Below, piece by piece: positions 14,601-29,000 of a DNA stretch of 64,000 nucleotides. The position numbers were made by a program, and so were the translations under genes. Source of the stretch: the human T2T-CHM13v2.0 reference genome, Homo sapiens; assembly GCF_009914755.1 (NCBI RefSeq), contig NC_060927.1, one strand, 5' to 3'. How positions within the stretch are numbered: position 1 is the stretch's first letter; the number at the start of each line of letters is the position of its first letter. The notes under the pieces are model-generated. The model searched no databases, had not been told where the DNA came from, and saw nothing but the letters and a program-made list of their open reading frames with translations.

Positions 14601-17600
14601 CTGCATTCTTCAGTCCAGTCTTTGAGGTTAAACTGGGTTAACTAGGTTAAACCCTTCTCTACCTTTAATTCAGCAGATTTTATTAAACACCTACTTTGTG
14701 ATAATCATGTTGGGTTCTGATAGGAGGCTAAATACCACCAAACAACACAGTGGCCTGACATGAAACCAGTATGGTCCATAACGCAGCCAAATATCTTCTA
14801 TGCCTGCCTCTGCTTCAGGGCCTTTGCTTCTGATGTGCCCTTAGATTGGAGGGGGTCTTCCCTTTCTTATTCACGTTTGTTCCAGGGCCACCTACAGGCT
14901 TTGCCAGACCAACTTACCCCAACAGTAACCTCAGCCCCACAAATAATACTTACTCCCTTTCCTACTTTTTCTGTTTCCAGAACTTAACCGTTCTTGTGTA
15001 AATGATTTGTTTGTTCTATTTCCCTTCTACTGCAGTGTCAGCTCCCTGAGGACAGGCTGTGGAGCTCACAGCTACATTCCCACACTAGGACCACACCTGG
15101 CCTGTGGTTTGAGCTTGGTAAGTTTGGTTGAATGGATATACCTTGGAAGTGTCCTGTGACTTCTGTCCCACTGAGGAACACATTTTTTCTTGCACTTTGG
15201 ACAACTTCCCATTTATCCTTGTTGAGTTTCTTTTTATTTCTGTCTGTACAGTCCTCTAATTTATTCAAACGCCACTGGATTATTCCAGCTCTTGGTGTCA
15301 ATTTTTTTCTAATTAAAGTAAACTGCCATTTTTCTCTCACACTGATCTTTAACACGAGACATCTTGTTCTTGTCATAAATCTGACTCATATGGAAAAATT
15401 TAAGTTGAATATAGGGGCTCATATGTACCACAATGTTTCTATCAATATTTCAGACATGAAAGTAGAGTCACAGACATAGATATCCGCCTGATTCTCAGGT
15501 CTATGGTCATGATTTCGGTGGAGTGTTCGCTTTTTGGATGTATGACCCAGAATTCCACTGATTACTAAAATGACTCCTTTGAAAGCAAATATCACATCAT
15601 TTGCACAAACACTTCAGGTTTCCTCTTTCCTTCTGCCATAGTACATCTTCAAACACTCAACATTCACAGCCAAGATGTAAAATACACAATACACAAAAGC
15701 TCCTTCAAAGACATATCTCAAAGTACTGTAAAAAAAGCAATGGAGAGAAAGAGAGAGATCGGCTTGCCATTAGACTGATTTCCTTGAAGACTATAAAAGG
15801 AATGAAATTTGAAGGTCATAAAAGTCTGTCTATTTGTTTAGGGAAGTCTTACAGGTAGTATAAATATCATCAGCTACAGTTGCTATGGGGTCTGTTTGTT
15901 TACCAAACAAGAACACAAATAGTTACACAAAAGCAGAACAAGCCTTGGGTATATAAATGGAGAAGGCTTTTTGCCTCCTGGTGAATTTTCCAAAGTGTCT
16001 TTTTAAAAAGTCCCTATTTTTCACCCTGTGCACTGGGAAATCTCTGTTTTCTTGATTCTTTGCACTTCTCACACCTCCAGCCAATGTTTTACTCTCAGAT
16101 TTCTGAGGCGGATAATGATTTTCTTTTTTCTTTCTCTTCTTTCATTTTAAGACTTAGAAACCACAAATATTAGACCAACAATCCAAACTGGACAACCAAA
16201 ATAGTTTTCACAATGGAAAATGCTAAACAAACAAACAAACAAACAAAAAACAAAAAAAGAGGTGGGGAAGAGAGAGCAAGAACAACAAAACCCACTAATT
16301 TCTAGAAGAATCCTAGTACAAGTATGGAGTCCTTATGTTAACACACAACCACCCAGCCAGAAAGGTCCATGTGGATGTGTGTTTTTAACTGACTTTCTAT
16401 GAACCAAGTGTGTTTCATGCACTAGAATTGTACCTGCTGAGTTAACCACGTGCTTCAAAAAATAAAGGGGGAGGAAAGGAAGCCAGCAAGGCTATTTTCG
16501 CATCTCTTCTTGGTTGAGAGAGTACATGTGAGTGTGTGTGCGTCATAACTCAGATCTACAATAAAACAAACTGCACAACAGAGGCTGCCTGAGTGGAGGC
16601 CTGCTCTTCACACTACATTGACCGCAGTACCCGCCCGGCGCAGCCCCGATGCCTTCCTGTGAATGGGACAGATTGCCATATGGATGAAGACACTGAACAA
16701 GCTGTAAAACTCTTGGCGACATGTGCCCGGGGGGATTGTCCCATATTAACACCACCTGGGCTGTGGCAATTGTGCTCTGTCTGTGCAGTGGCACTGAGGA
16801 GCCCAACAGGATGTTATTTTAGAGTACACACAAAAAGGAAAATTACAGTTAAGAGAATTCTCTGGCTAGCGTATCTGTTGCTCAATTCCCGAAATAGTTT
16901 CCCAAAGGAACGGTTATCTTCTTTATTCACACAGGCAGAAGTGACAAGCTGGAACACATATTAACAATTTCCCTTTGTGAGCTTCCACTATTGTTTTAAT
17001 GAGGAGAATATAGTTTATAATATACTTAGGCCTTGACTGATTACAAAGGGGTATGGAATAAAGAACTTCAGGAATGCTGTACATATCTAACGCACTCATT
17101 TGCATTGCCCCAGTGAGCCAGTCGGCAGAGAGGTAGCTCCCTCGGAAAGACCTATGGAGCCAGGCCACGGGGTAACACTGGTGCGAACACAGCAATAAAA
17201 CAGAATAACTGCACAAAAAAGCATCTTTGCAAATCTTGAAAAGGAACATGACATCCGCTTAAGTCTCCAGCATAGGTCCCCCCTTCATCTGGCTCCAGTA
17301 TTGGCTTAAGAGCATAAGACTCCCAGCTGTCATTTATTATAAGAATAGGACTTTTCCAAGCCCCTTTTCCTCTCAAAGGGAAGGCCCTTGACTTCCCTTT
17401 GCACTTTTGGTTGGTTTCAATATCCATCAAAGAAAATCTTCTGTCTAATTTAAGTGGTGAAGGTGTGCAATTCAACAACAACTTTTTATAGGTAAAAGAG
17501 TAAAACCGAGTACCATGGACAATACCATCAGAGTTTCCAAAAGGCTGGTTCTCACTCTTCTCCTGCCACATGCTTTCCCTCACACCCCTGGTGTGGAATA

Positions 17601-18879
17601 AATGTTAAGGAAAGCTAAGACACAATTGGGAGGAGGGGACACAGGCCTTTCCACTCAAGCGCAAATACTTGCAAAATGCCTGGGTGCCAACAAAGGAATT
17701 TGGCAGAGAACCTGTATCAGCGGCAGCGGCGCATCAAAAAAGAATGTCTACCTTACAAGGTGAAAGAAATGGGGGGTCCAAAGATGGTTTTGGGTGGGAA
17801 ATCTGGCACATTAGACACGGAATAGCCTGTGGCTGAGATTCATATTATACAACATCCTAATAAAAAAATTCAAATCAACCAAATTTAAGAGTAACTCAGA
17901 AAATGAACATCACTCTCCAGACCCATGATGTCATTTTATTGGAAAGCATTTATCATTTAAACACAATAAATAGAAAGAGATTTATAGAGTCTAAAGATGC
18001 TGTGTTATGGTAAAAGGCACTTTATTGAGGTAAGGCACAACAGCTGTTAGAGAATAATGGCTGAGGTTTTTTTGTTTAATCACCCCACAAAGTGAACAGT
18101 CAAAAAAAAAAAAAAAAAAAAAAAACAACCCATAAACCCTTCCCTTATGGCATGCCAATATTTTAAAGATTTTCTCCCGGTGCCCTCCCTGCATGTGTGA
18201 ATGACAGGCGGTGATACGGCACCATGCCACATGGCCCTGAGAGAATCCTTTCTCCCACTTCTAAGTCCCAAAAGTGATTGGTTTTAAGCAATCAGACACA
18301 TCACAGTTCTTCAAAGCACGATGGCTGCCAAACAACAGGCAGCATGTTTAGGGTACAAAATGCTGATTCGCCCCCAGGGTGCTTCTGTCTGACCTCAGCA
18401 GGAACAGCTTTTGCCCTAAGTAGGTTACCTCCCCGACAGATAGACATGGGACAGGTGATGCTGCCAAGAGTCTGCTTTGGAGCAAAAATAAGTACCTGTA
18501 TCTTAGGCCTCTGCAGTTAGCCACACCTGGTCCTCTTTCCGGTCCCCTACACCTGACAAGACATGCCCAGCACGCCCTCTATATTCTCCACTGTGCGTCA
18601 CTGGTTTCTAACCTCCTGACTTCCCTGCCAGCAAAAAGATGAGGTGGGTGCAAAGGAAACTGGCAACGGGGATTTTCCTGGGGGCTTCTTCTAAATTACT
18701 GCTGAAAAGATAGGTCTGGCCCCAAGCTACAACCAGTGGAGGCTACCATCTGGACTTGATCCGGAGCTTAACCCACTCTGTAGTCCAATTCTCATCAAAA
18801 GTCTGGGCTGTAGTGAAGGTGGTCTGGGGAGCAGCCCACTGGGAGCCACCAGAATCTGGCAGTCACTGCAAGTCCCTGA

Positions 18880-19165
18880 GGGTCAGGGAAATCTCAGGTC
18901 TAGTCCCTGTATGGTCACTAACTAGCTATGTGACGTGTGCAAGCGATAACATCATTCTGGGCCCCAGCTGCACCCTCTGTACAAAGGGGAGAATACCCCA
19001 TAAGGTTACTATGAGGATTAAATAGGAAAATCAAAAAATAAAAATAAAAAATAAAAAAAATTAAAAATAGGAAAATCAGTATAGTATCAAGCCCTATGTC
19101 AAGTCTGTTGAGCATTGTGTCTGGCACACAGTAAGAGTTACATAAATGTTAGCTGCATTCTCATC
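18880..19165 (+). mobile_element. MIR
   Basis: cactaactagctatgtgac, ctctgtacaaagggga, gaggattaaat, ctggcacacagtaag, aaatgttagct. Confidence 0.75.
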
Positions 19166-19542
19166 ACCACCATCACATGTCAGGTCCTTTCATCCTTGAC
19201 AAGAGCAAAACAGAACCTTAAATTTGTGTCTCTTGCCTGTGATCACAGAGCCAAGGAGTGGGTCTCAAGTCAAGGTCTCGTGGTAGCTCCTAAGGAAAGG
19301 AAGCAAATGGGGTCTGGTCCCTTCAGTCATATGATTTCTACTCTGTTGGCTCACGTAAGAATGGCAAGTCACTAGTTTTGAGGACTGAACCTGTCTGGTG
19401 GCTCCCCAGTGGGCTGCTCCCCAGACCACCTTAACTACAGCCCTGACTTTTGATGAGAACCTGTCTGGGATGTGAATCAAGTGTCTGGAGAAAAGTCCTG
19501 TTCTTTCCAAGTGTCAAAACCTCAGTGATAAACACACAGCTT

Positions 19543-19842
19543 CCATTGCTTCTCAAACTTGAACATGTATTCCAAACCCCTGAGGCTCTTGTTACAATGC
19601 AGATCCTGATGCAGGTCTGGGGCAGGGCCAGAGACTGAGTTTCTAACAAGCTTCCAGGTCACAGCAGAGCTGCTGGTCTGCAGCCTCTGAGTAGCAAGAC
19701 TCCAGGGTATGTAGGGCAAATGCAAATTCCTGCACCCCATCTCAGACCAAGAAAGTCCAGGTTTCAGAAGAAAGGCCTAGGAAGCTGTGTGTTTAACAAA
19801 TACCCTATGAAAATATCATCAGGGAATCTGAGAAACACCAGG
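19543..19842. mobile_element. Two adjacent MER5-type fragments
   Basis: gcttctcaaactt...ttgttacaatgcagat...tttctaacaagc; aaatgcaaattcctg..cccc...tttaacaa..tgagaaacac. Confidence 0.65.
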
Positions 19843-19856
19843 CTAATGGTGAAGGT

Positions 19857-20075
19857 CAGGGGTCAGCAACTGTTTCTGTAAATGGTCAGATAGTAAATAT
19901 TTCAGTTTTCGTAGCCTATATGGTTTCTGCTGCCACTACTCAAGCTTGCCATTGTAGTGTCAAAGTAGCCGTAGACAATACGTAAATGAATGTGACTGTG
20001 TCCCAATAAAACTTTATTTACAAAAGGAAGCAGTGGGCTGGATTTGGCAGGCTGACCATAATTTGCCGAGCTCTG
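19857..20075. mobile_element. MER58A hAT-Charlie element
   Basis: caggggtcagcaa..tttctgtaaa.ggtcagatagtaaatattt...ccaataaaactttatttacaaa...tttgccga.ctctg, ~220 bp. Confidence 0.85.
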
Positions 20076-21479
20076 TTATAGTGTTATAGATTGTTTAAAT
20101 GCCTTGACTCATGTTGGCAGGAAGTAGCAGTTAACAATTTTGAAGACAATTTGGTGGAATTTGACCACAGGTTCTCCAAAATGCTCTAACGGGGAAGAAA
20201 GATTTAAAATAACTAGCTTGCTCAGTATTTCAAATCAAAATAAATACAAATTGTCCTCTGATTTTTGGGGAAAAAAAAAAACTGAAATGAGGAAAAACTC
20301 TTCAAAATAATGGGAGCTAGAGTTTACTGCTTAAATTTCAACAGGTCCTACATATCACAGAACATGCACCAGTTAAAGGCTTGTGTATCTGGAACAGTTC
20401 TGAAAACTAACTTCTAGAATTTTAGCAAGTAAACCAAGAGCACTGACATTTATTCACAAACACAGAATTTAGTTTAAAAAAGAAAAAAAAATGCAACACT
20501 AGACATGTACATGTTTCAAAGTTCCTTGCCTTTTGAAAATAACAAGGCCTGTAAACACAAATGTTATTGTTACATAGTCAAATACATGGCAACATGTCAA
20601 GAGGCCACAAATCAAAAACAGAGACTGTGTATCAAGTGAAACTGTCTATAAGTACACTAGCCAGGCGGAAACCTTCAGGGGTTATTTGAAGGCAACTGCC
20701 AACTGTGGAGTGGAGAAAATGCAAGCGACAGTAATACACAGGGCTCCGTCAATAAATGATGAGAACGAGGCAAGGACTATCGTGACTGAAGAGAGCATAG
20801 GTTAAACCTCATAGAGTAAAGCGCCCAGTGTGCGTCCCCTGTTTCTAATATGATACCTCAAAAAAGCAGAGACTGCCCAACCACCATCTGATCAGGGTTT
20901 AAGGAAACATCTTTGACCAAATGCTTAAGGACACCTTGGAACAAATACTTAGAACAGCTATGAATCCGAGAAATACTCGAGTTATAAAACATCTAATGAT
21001 GGTGGCTGAACTGAAAGCAAAAAAGCTGGGATGAGAAAAAAGGGAATATTTCTGATTTGGACTATAGAGGACAGCTGAAATGAAATAAAAAGCATATGAT
21101 GTGTTCATTGAGGAAACACAGGATTTATAAGGCAGGAAAAAAGTGGGGATACGTTATTTTGGATCTGCCTGTGTGTAAATCCCCCATGAGGTTCATTTAT
21201 GTTCTTTATGTGCTGTTTCAGACCAAAATGATTTATAGCTTGTAAATCCCACCTATCCCGCTTCATGAAAGGCCTGGTAAATATGAATATACACCATAAA
21301 AGAGAAAACTCTGGTATTTTCTTTTAAACGCAGTGATTTGCACACAGTAGGTTAACTTAATACGTGTTTTGTCAAATTGAATTTCAATTAAATTTAAAGT
21401 ATCTTTTAGGGACACTCATTTTATCGTAATTTAGTATTCACTTCTATGCTGAATGAAAACTTTAAGTACTATTTTGCAG

Positions 21480-21710
21480 ACTAAAACACAGATCTGAATT
21501 TGGATCTTGGATATGCCACTAACCACCAGTTCTATGACCCTGGGTTAGTTATTTAATTTCTATTATTCGATTTCCTCATCTGTAAAATGGGTATAATCAT
21601 CCTTACTGCTTCCTGAGTGGTCAGGTGGATAAAATGAGACATCACTCCATATGCAAAAGTCTAGCCAGTGCTTGGCACAGAGAAGGAACTGATTAAATGT
21701 GAGTTCTTGT
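21480..21710 (+). mobile_element. MIR
   Basis: tttcctcatctgtaaaatgggtataat core and gtgcttggcacag 3' part. Confidence 0.8.
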
Positions 21711-23108
21711 CCCTTTCCCTAGTGCACCATAATGTAATGTGATATTTCAAATTTTAATTTAGGCAATTACTTAAGTAGTAATTGCTATTAGTATTTACAT
21801 AGCTGCTTTGATCCAAGAAGCTCAAAGGGCTTTACTAAATTTAGCATTTTAATAGATGTTTCATTTGCATTCTGTTGATTCTGTTTACCCACACCAAAAC
21901 CTGGAATTTTCTAAAGCAAGACAATTAGACAGGGAAACAAGACAGTATCTTCATATGTACCGGTATCCCAGGCCTGAGTTTTGTCTGTTTCCCTAAGAAG
22001 TCGAGACTCTCTGTCCCTATGGAATAAAATGACAGCAAGAGGCTTGAATGCACCTGCTTCCTCTTGCTGCTCCCCCTTAGCTGCGCCATTGAACTTGATC
22101 CCCACCACACTTTTCTCAGGCACTGACAACACAGGCATGTTTATTGCACCAATGAATTTATATACAATCAGCACAATAAACATTATTAAATTGTCGGAGA
22201 AAATCAAAGCACGAAGCATGGTGCCAGTACTGAATTCTAATGATGCTGAATGTCCATGATTACACAGGGACAGGATCTTAACAAGCCTTGATTTGAACGC
22301 TGGCATCCGCCTCACAAATCACATGGGCCGCTCCTCCCGTAATAGTGCTGAATATTGATAAATGTCTCTACCCTGCGCAACAGGGAAGTGGGTTTCTATT
22401 GGCAATCTTTACCAAAGTGTGTTTTTTCCCTTCTCTACACTCAAGGGTTTACCCTGAATGATTTAATTATAATTTTCCTTGTGTAAGACAAATTAAAGAG
22501 GAGAGTAGGAGTGTCGTGCCAAGCACATTATTTATCTCCTTAACAGATTGCAGCTCACCAAACCCCAGAGCTGCTGCTACTGCAGTGGCTGCTCACAGGA
22601 GCCAGCAAAATGCACGGGGGCAAGAGTGGGGGAGAAGGAGTTTTCCAAATGGCATGGAAATACATATGCAACTCAGTTGAGATCATTAGCCATCTCACTA
22701 CTTTGAAAACAACAGTAACTCTCACAACACTACCTTTTTCCAGCAAATTTTCCCATCGAGCACCCCCAGATCATGTCAGAAAGAAATCTTAAAGCTGCTA
22801 ACCCACGATCAAGGTCATGGGGTCAGATAGTTATTCAGTGTGGCAGAGACTCTTTCCTTGCCCATCAGAATGGAGGGAAAAGAATATTACACAGAAATCA
22901 AAGAAGAGCTTGGAAGGACACGTATTTCACAAATGCATTGATGAGTAAGAGAGAAAACTTATCCAAGGCAGTGACAAGAGACTCCTGAGACAACTGGCAC
23001 ATCAGTGTACAGTGAGACCATACCTTTATAGTGACAGCTTTGTTTTGGTATTTAACTGGTTATCACACGTGATTTTTAAATTAAGCCTAATAAGGTAATG
23101 CTACATAA

Positions 23109-23463
<355 letters not shown>

Positions 23464-24578
23464 TAATTGATTTTTTAATTATCAATTCCACAAGCTTAAA
23501 CTGAACTATCTTTAACTGAAGGTGCTCATTTGTCTTGATGGCTACATTCAGTTAAAATGTGCTGACTGGAATTTTCTTTTAATCCAGCCACGTTTAGGAA
23601 CCTACTAGATAATACAAACTGAGAGATTCAAGAGATTAAGTAGTGGCATATAATTTCATAGTTGCTTCTTTTTTGCATGTACAATTGGAAAACTCAGCCT
23701 GCTTTTACATCCAGATTAAGGCTCATTGGAATCTGAATTCTTTTCTGATCCATATTCTAATTCTGGTGTGTAGTATGATGAAGATTAAGCACAACTTTTG
23801 TGCAGACAAATAAGGACCATAAAAAAAAATTCAAACAAACTTAGTCTCCCAGAATTAGACTGTCTCTCAGATCCACTTACTTTCAAATGTGCCTTAAGAC
23901 ATGAAAAGGGCTATTCTTCTCCCACTTGCCTCCTTGCTAATCTATCACCTGACTGCAGATACATAACCTTTTAGAAAATGAAACTGAGCACAGCGCATCT
24001 AAACAAGAAGAGTTTTCTATGTCACAGGAAATCTGTGCAGGCTCCACAACAGCCGATGAGATTGCCACAAATACCTTAAGTGCATCAGTCGGCGTTTTTC
24101 AGTGTATGGCCTCCTGCTCTGCCTATGGATAAAGATGTAATTCAATCGCTCTGCAGCAAATGGACGCATCAACCTTAGGGCATCAAAACCAAGTATAGCA
24201 AAGGACAACAGCCTAGAACCTTTTCTTTAATGCTCTCTAAGGTTTTCTTTCTTGAAAAAAAAAAAAAAAAGAAGACATCATAAGAGATTGTAAAGCAAGA
24301 GCTAAGATTGGCTTCCAGACATACATATCTATCCTTGCCAGAAACAACAGAAGCCACATTTCCCTCAATGGCTCCAAAGATTGTCAGTGTCCACCATTCT
24401 ATTCCTCTATCTATTCTTCAAACTCTTCCAAACCAACATGCTTAATGCATCTTTTAGTTCTTCGGTGTCTGCCTCAGAAATTCCAAAATGACCTTGGAAG
24501 GATAGTTGAAAATTTTAGTTAAAACATATGTATTATCCTCAACTCTGGTAACCACTCATGGTTTTACACTTGAACATG

Positions 24579-24579
24579 G

Positions 24580-24612
<33 letters not shown>

Positions 24613-24650
24613 CTCTGTGTGTGTGTGTGTATCTGTGTGTGTGTGTGTGT
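24579..24650. repeat. Interrupted (TG)n microsatellite, (CA)n in FOXP1 pre-mRNA
   Basis: Direct reading; three TG blocks. Confidence 0.95.
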
Positions 24651-25824
24651 TCAGATAATATTTTTCTGGTATAAAGATACACATCTAATTAAACAGTAGG
24701 CTTCTTAAATACTCAATATTTTGAGAAATATATGAAATTACATTTGTAATTGCATAACTGAAATATATAATTAAATGTTTTTTCACTGAGCCATTTTTAT
24801 TAAAAAACACAATACAGAATTTGCTTTCTCCTGAGAGAAATGGCATTTACTGTCACATACTACTTTTACGGTTTCTTTACCTCTGTGTGTGGAAGCTCTG
24901 CCTATGAAATATATAGAAAACAGTTTAGGAATAGCAAACAAAAAGTTTTCAATTTTAGGGGCATTGTATTTTCTATTCTTGAAAAGCACTTCAACAGTGG
25001 TATTAATGCTTCTGGGTACTAAGAATACCATAACATGAATTAACAGCTTTATTTTCTTAGAACTGCATGCTAACATGGCATATTCTGGATCTCTAAAACA
25101 AGCTCAGCTTCAAGTAACATTCATGTAAAGCCCAGGGCAATTCAAAAATAAAATGTCTTAACTTCTAAATAGGAATACAGCTGCTGAGACAATACTACAC
25201 TATATCCCACAATGAAGAGAAAGTGTGCTGTGTCTGTTTATGTGAGTATATACAACAGATCCCCCACCTCCACCAGCCACCACCACCACTACCTCTTCTG
25301 TCTCTCCATCCTCCAAACCTTCACTCAGAATACATACGGGAAAGACCATGTGCTCCAGGGCACAATGATGAAAAACATGGGCGCCCAGCCTTCAAGGGGA
25401 GCAATGTAGAGTAACATAAGTTCTATGTTTTCTCAAACCATAATTCAAAATTGCCCACAGCAGACACTACTATTCCCTTAGAAGGCACTTCCAGCCAAGG
25501 AATTCAGCTTGTACGGAGTGAGCACTTGGCAGAAGGAGTAGGCCTGGAAGCCTGGAAATCCAACCCATCCAATGAGAAACTACACGACTTCTGCCCGGGT
25601 TCCTAAGCTGAGAGTAGATCTACATAAGTGCTAATTCCATGTTGAAAAGGTGAAAATAATTAGATGCTTCACACCCAAACCATACTGAATACATTCCTCA
25701 GTAATTATATGCACATTCAAGTCACATGGATCCAATTAGGGATCACTGAGATATGACGAGGCAGGGCCACCCACCCCTCTCATGTTAAAGGCAGTTTTGG
25801 ACCCATCTCAGTGGCTGGTTCCTA

Positions 25825-26052
<228 letters not shown>

Positions 26053-29000
26053 TTAAATCAATTAACAGCTAATTCCGTCCTCTTCAAACAGCAATTAAAT
26101 CAAAGAGTCAGTAAACAAAGCCTAGTGTTAGGGGGGTTTTTCGGTGTGTGCAGTTTTTTTTCCCCTCCCAACTACGGCAGATGCGGTAGTAAAAAGTGTG
26201 TCCTCTTACCGAGCAACTGAGTGGAAGTTGCCCTCATCGCACATAAAAGACTCAGGTGAAAGTGACTCAAAACACAGTTACTTTGCCACAACAGTATGCC
26301 TCTAACCATCCCAAGTGTTATTTCTCAATTTTGATGAAAAGTAGATAGATGTTACCTTAGTTTTAGACACAAAGAAGGGCTCAAAATAAATTTGTTCAAC
26401 TATACTATTATGACAACATGAACTACAAAATGAATAATTTTTGTGCTTAAGTCTTAAATGATGACAAATAGCTTTGTTATTAAATATAGTTTTTATTAAT
26501 CACTTTTAGACATAAATTATGAATTCATATCGTCTTCCTGAAATGCTTTTCAACTTTTAACAGTCAAATTGATTATACTATGATTATTTCATTAACACAC
26601 CTATCTTCCTCATTAATTTTGGTTTCTAGTACCACATGCTTAATTGATGGATGTGTCTACTGAAAAACTGTGTAACTTTTTATACAAGTAACACTATTAT
26701 TACTGTCATTTCTTAGATCAATGGTAATGAACCATTGCAGAATAAAATGCAAACGTAAAATAAACTTACAGTAATGAAGTTCTCTTGTTTTTTTAAAGGG
26801 GATCTAAATGGACATGGGTTTTAAGGAGTGAATCCAGTATTTTCCCCCAAGAAGAGATACAATCAGTATGCCAATCTCACTATTGTGGGCCTCTTCGTCT
26901 TTATCCTGCTGGCATGCCTCTGTAGCCCAGGTTTCCAAATCCCACCTCAATGCATATTCTAGCCCACACATGCACAGAATAAAGATATTCTAGATGACAA
27001 CTAACAAAAACAACAACAACGACAACAAGCAACAAAACTTCCTTTGGAGGAACACCGAAAAGAAAACATAAACCCTGCACATCCTAAGGCAATACCACAT
27101 TAGAAGTGGACGTCTGGATTGCAGTTCATTGTTTCAATCAAGTGTAACACAGCCATCCCAGAAAGCCTGCCATTTTCTGACTATATAGCAGCAGCTGAAA
27201 CAGGCATGTTTCTTACCAAACCTAAGGTATCGAATTAAAAAAGAAGGCTGTGTGCATTATATTCATTTGAAACACATAATAAAAAATGCCAAGGTCTAAA
27301 TTTAATTTATTTTTGTCATTTAGAATACAATGGATAGATAATCATCTCAACGTGATCAGCCAAACATCTTTACTTTGCTAAACTGTTAAAGATTTTAATT
27401 ATGCTAGCATTGGAGAGCACTGGTCTAATGAGGCGATGGACTCCAGAGAATCCGAGTGGTTAAGAACTGTGAAATGAGTCTGATAGGATTTTTTTATATT
27501 CACCGTGGATCGTTTGCATATCAAAGAGGAGTAAATTATTGCACAGCAGACCAATAACCTTCCCCGCCTTTCTGAGAGGAGCGTTAACAAAAACAGTTGG
27601 TCCCTCCTAACGGTTCTCCACGAAAATGTTCAAATGCTCAAGCATTTGCAATTAATATATATTATAAAGGAGGCTTCAAATGATACATTAAGTGGTCAGA
27701 TATTCTTAGGAGGCATCCTCGACAGACAAGTCGGTTTTCTTCTCCCTTCATAAAAATCAAATGCCAATTATATTTTGATGGATTTTGTCCCAAATGAGCA
27801 TTTAGTTATTAGGCATAGTCAATTATTACTTGTCCCCTGAAATTAAGCCTCAGAGGCAAATTAAACAAAGGGGAAAGGTCACTCCACAACCCCATGTCCG
27901 GTTTTGCTGCATCTGAACTATTATTTTCCAACACCTTTCGAAGTGACAGGTGGGATGCGTTTGTAGCTAGCAGGCCCGCTACTGTTGTCTGCACACCAAC
28001 AATTACCTGTGAACATGGGTGACCCTCAGACCACTGTTTACTCAATGGAAACAATAGTTAATAGGCTTGTCTGTTGATGATGGCATACTGATATAAAACC
28101 ACACAAGTCAACATCTATTTTTATTTTCTAGAGAGTAAACACATGAAAAGAACAAGCCACCTATTTCTCAACTCAAACTAAATGATTTCTGGGTCAGCTG
28201 CATGGGAGGTGGGAAGACTAGGACAGGGTCCTAACAACTGTGTTAACTCCCGCTTTCTCTCGAAGAAAAGCAGAACTTTGATGCTGTTTTAAAAGTAAGC
28301 TGTTTATCCAGCAAATAAAGACAAAGACAAATGTATTTACCACTTGTTATACCTACAGGGTGCATTAATGTTACTCTACTCTCCCATCTATTCCAATGGG
28401 CTGGCAATCAGTTCCATTATCCATAGAGAAAAATGGTAAATAAAAATAGTAACTCATTAAGTGACAACAGCGATACTTCTGGGTCAAACTGCAATGTGAT
28501 AATTACTTTTAAGAACATTCTCATCACACTTAACACAGAAGCAGTCAAATCGCTTTCCTCCATCAATGCCATATATCGTTAGTGATGTTAAACTGTTAGT
28601 TCAATGAGCGCTACCTACCAAAGGGTGTTGTTATTTGACAGCTAAGATCTCATGTTAGACAGATAAAAGGTAACCCAGTCACTCATCAGACTAAATGGAT
28701 AACAAATTTCCAGAAAGTATGTATTTCTTCCAAAATGGTAGACTAAGAATAATAGTACGAAGTTAAACAAATCCATTAGCAGGTACATAGCCAAGCATGT
28801 AATTTTCTGCTACCTAGAGTTTACATTTTAAAAATTAAAAGGTCAGAATAAGACTGAAAGAATATTTCTATATGAAATTACTGGTGCTAGGGAGGATGAG
28901 ATGATTAAAGAGACCAGGGTGAAAAGCAGATAGGCTAATTATGTAAAACAGAAAGAAGACCCTACAATAACCTTAAAAACAACACAAAATATCCCTCCAT

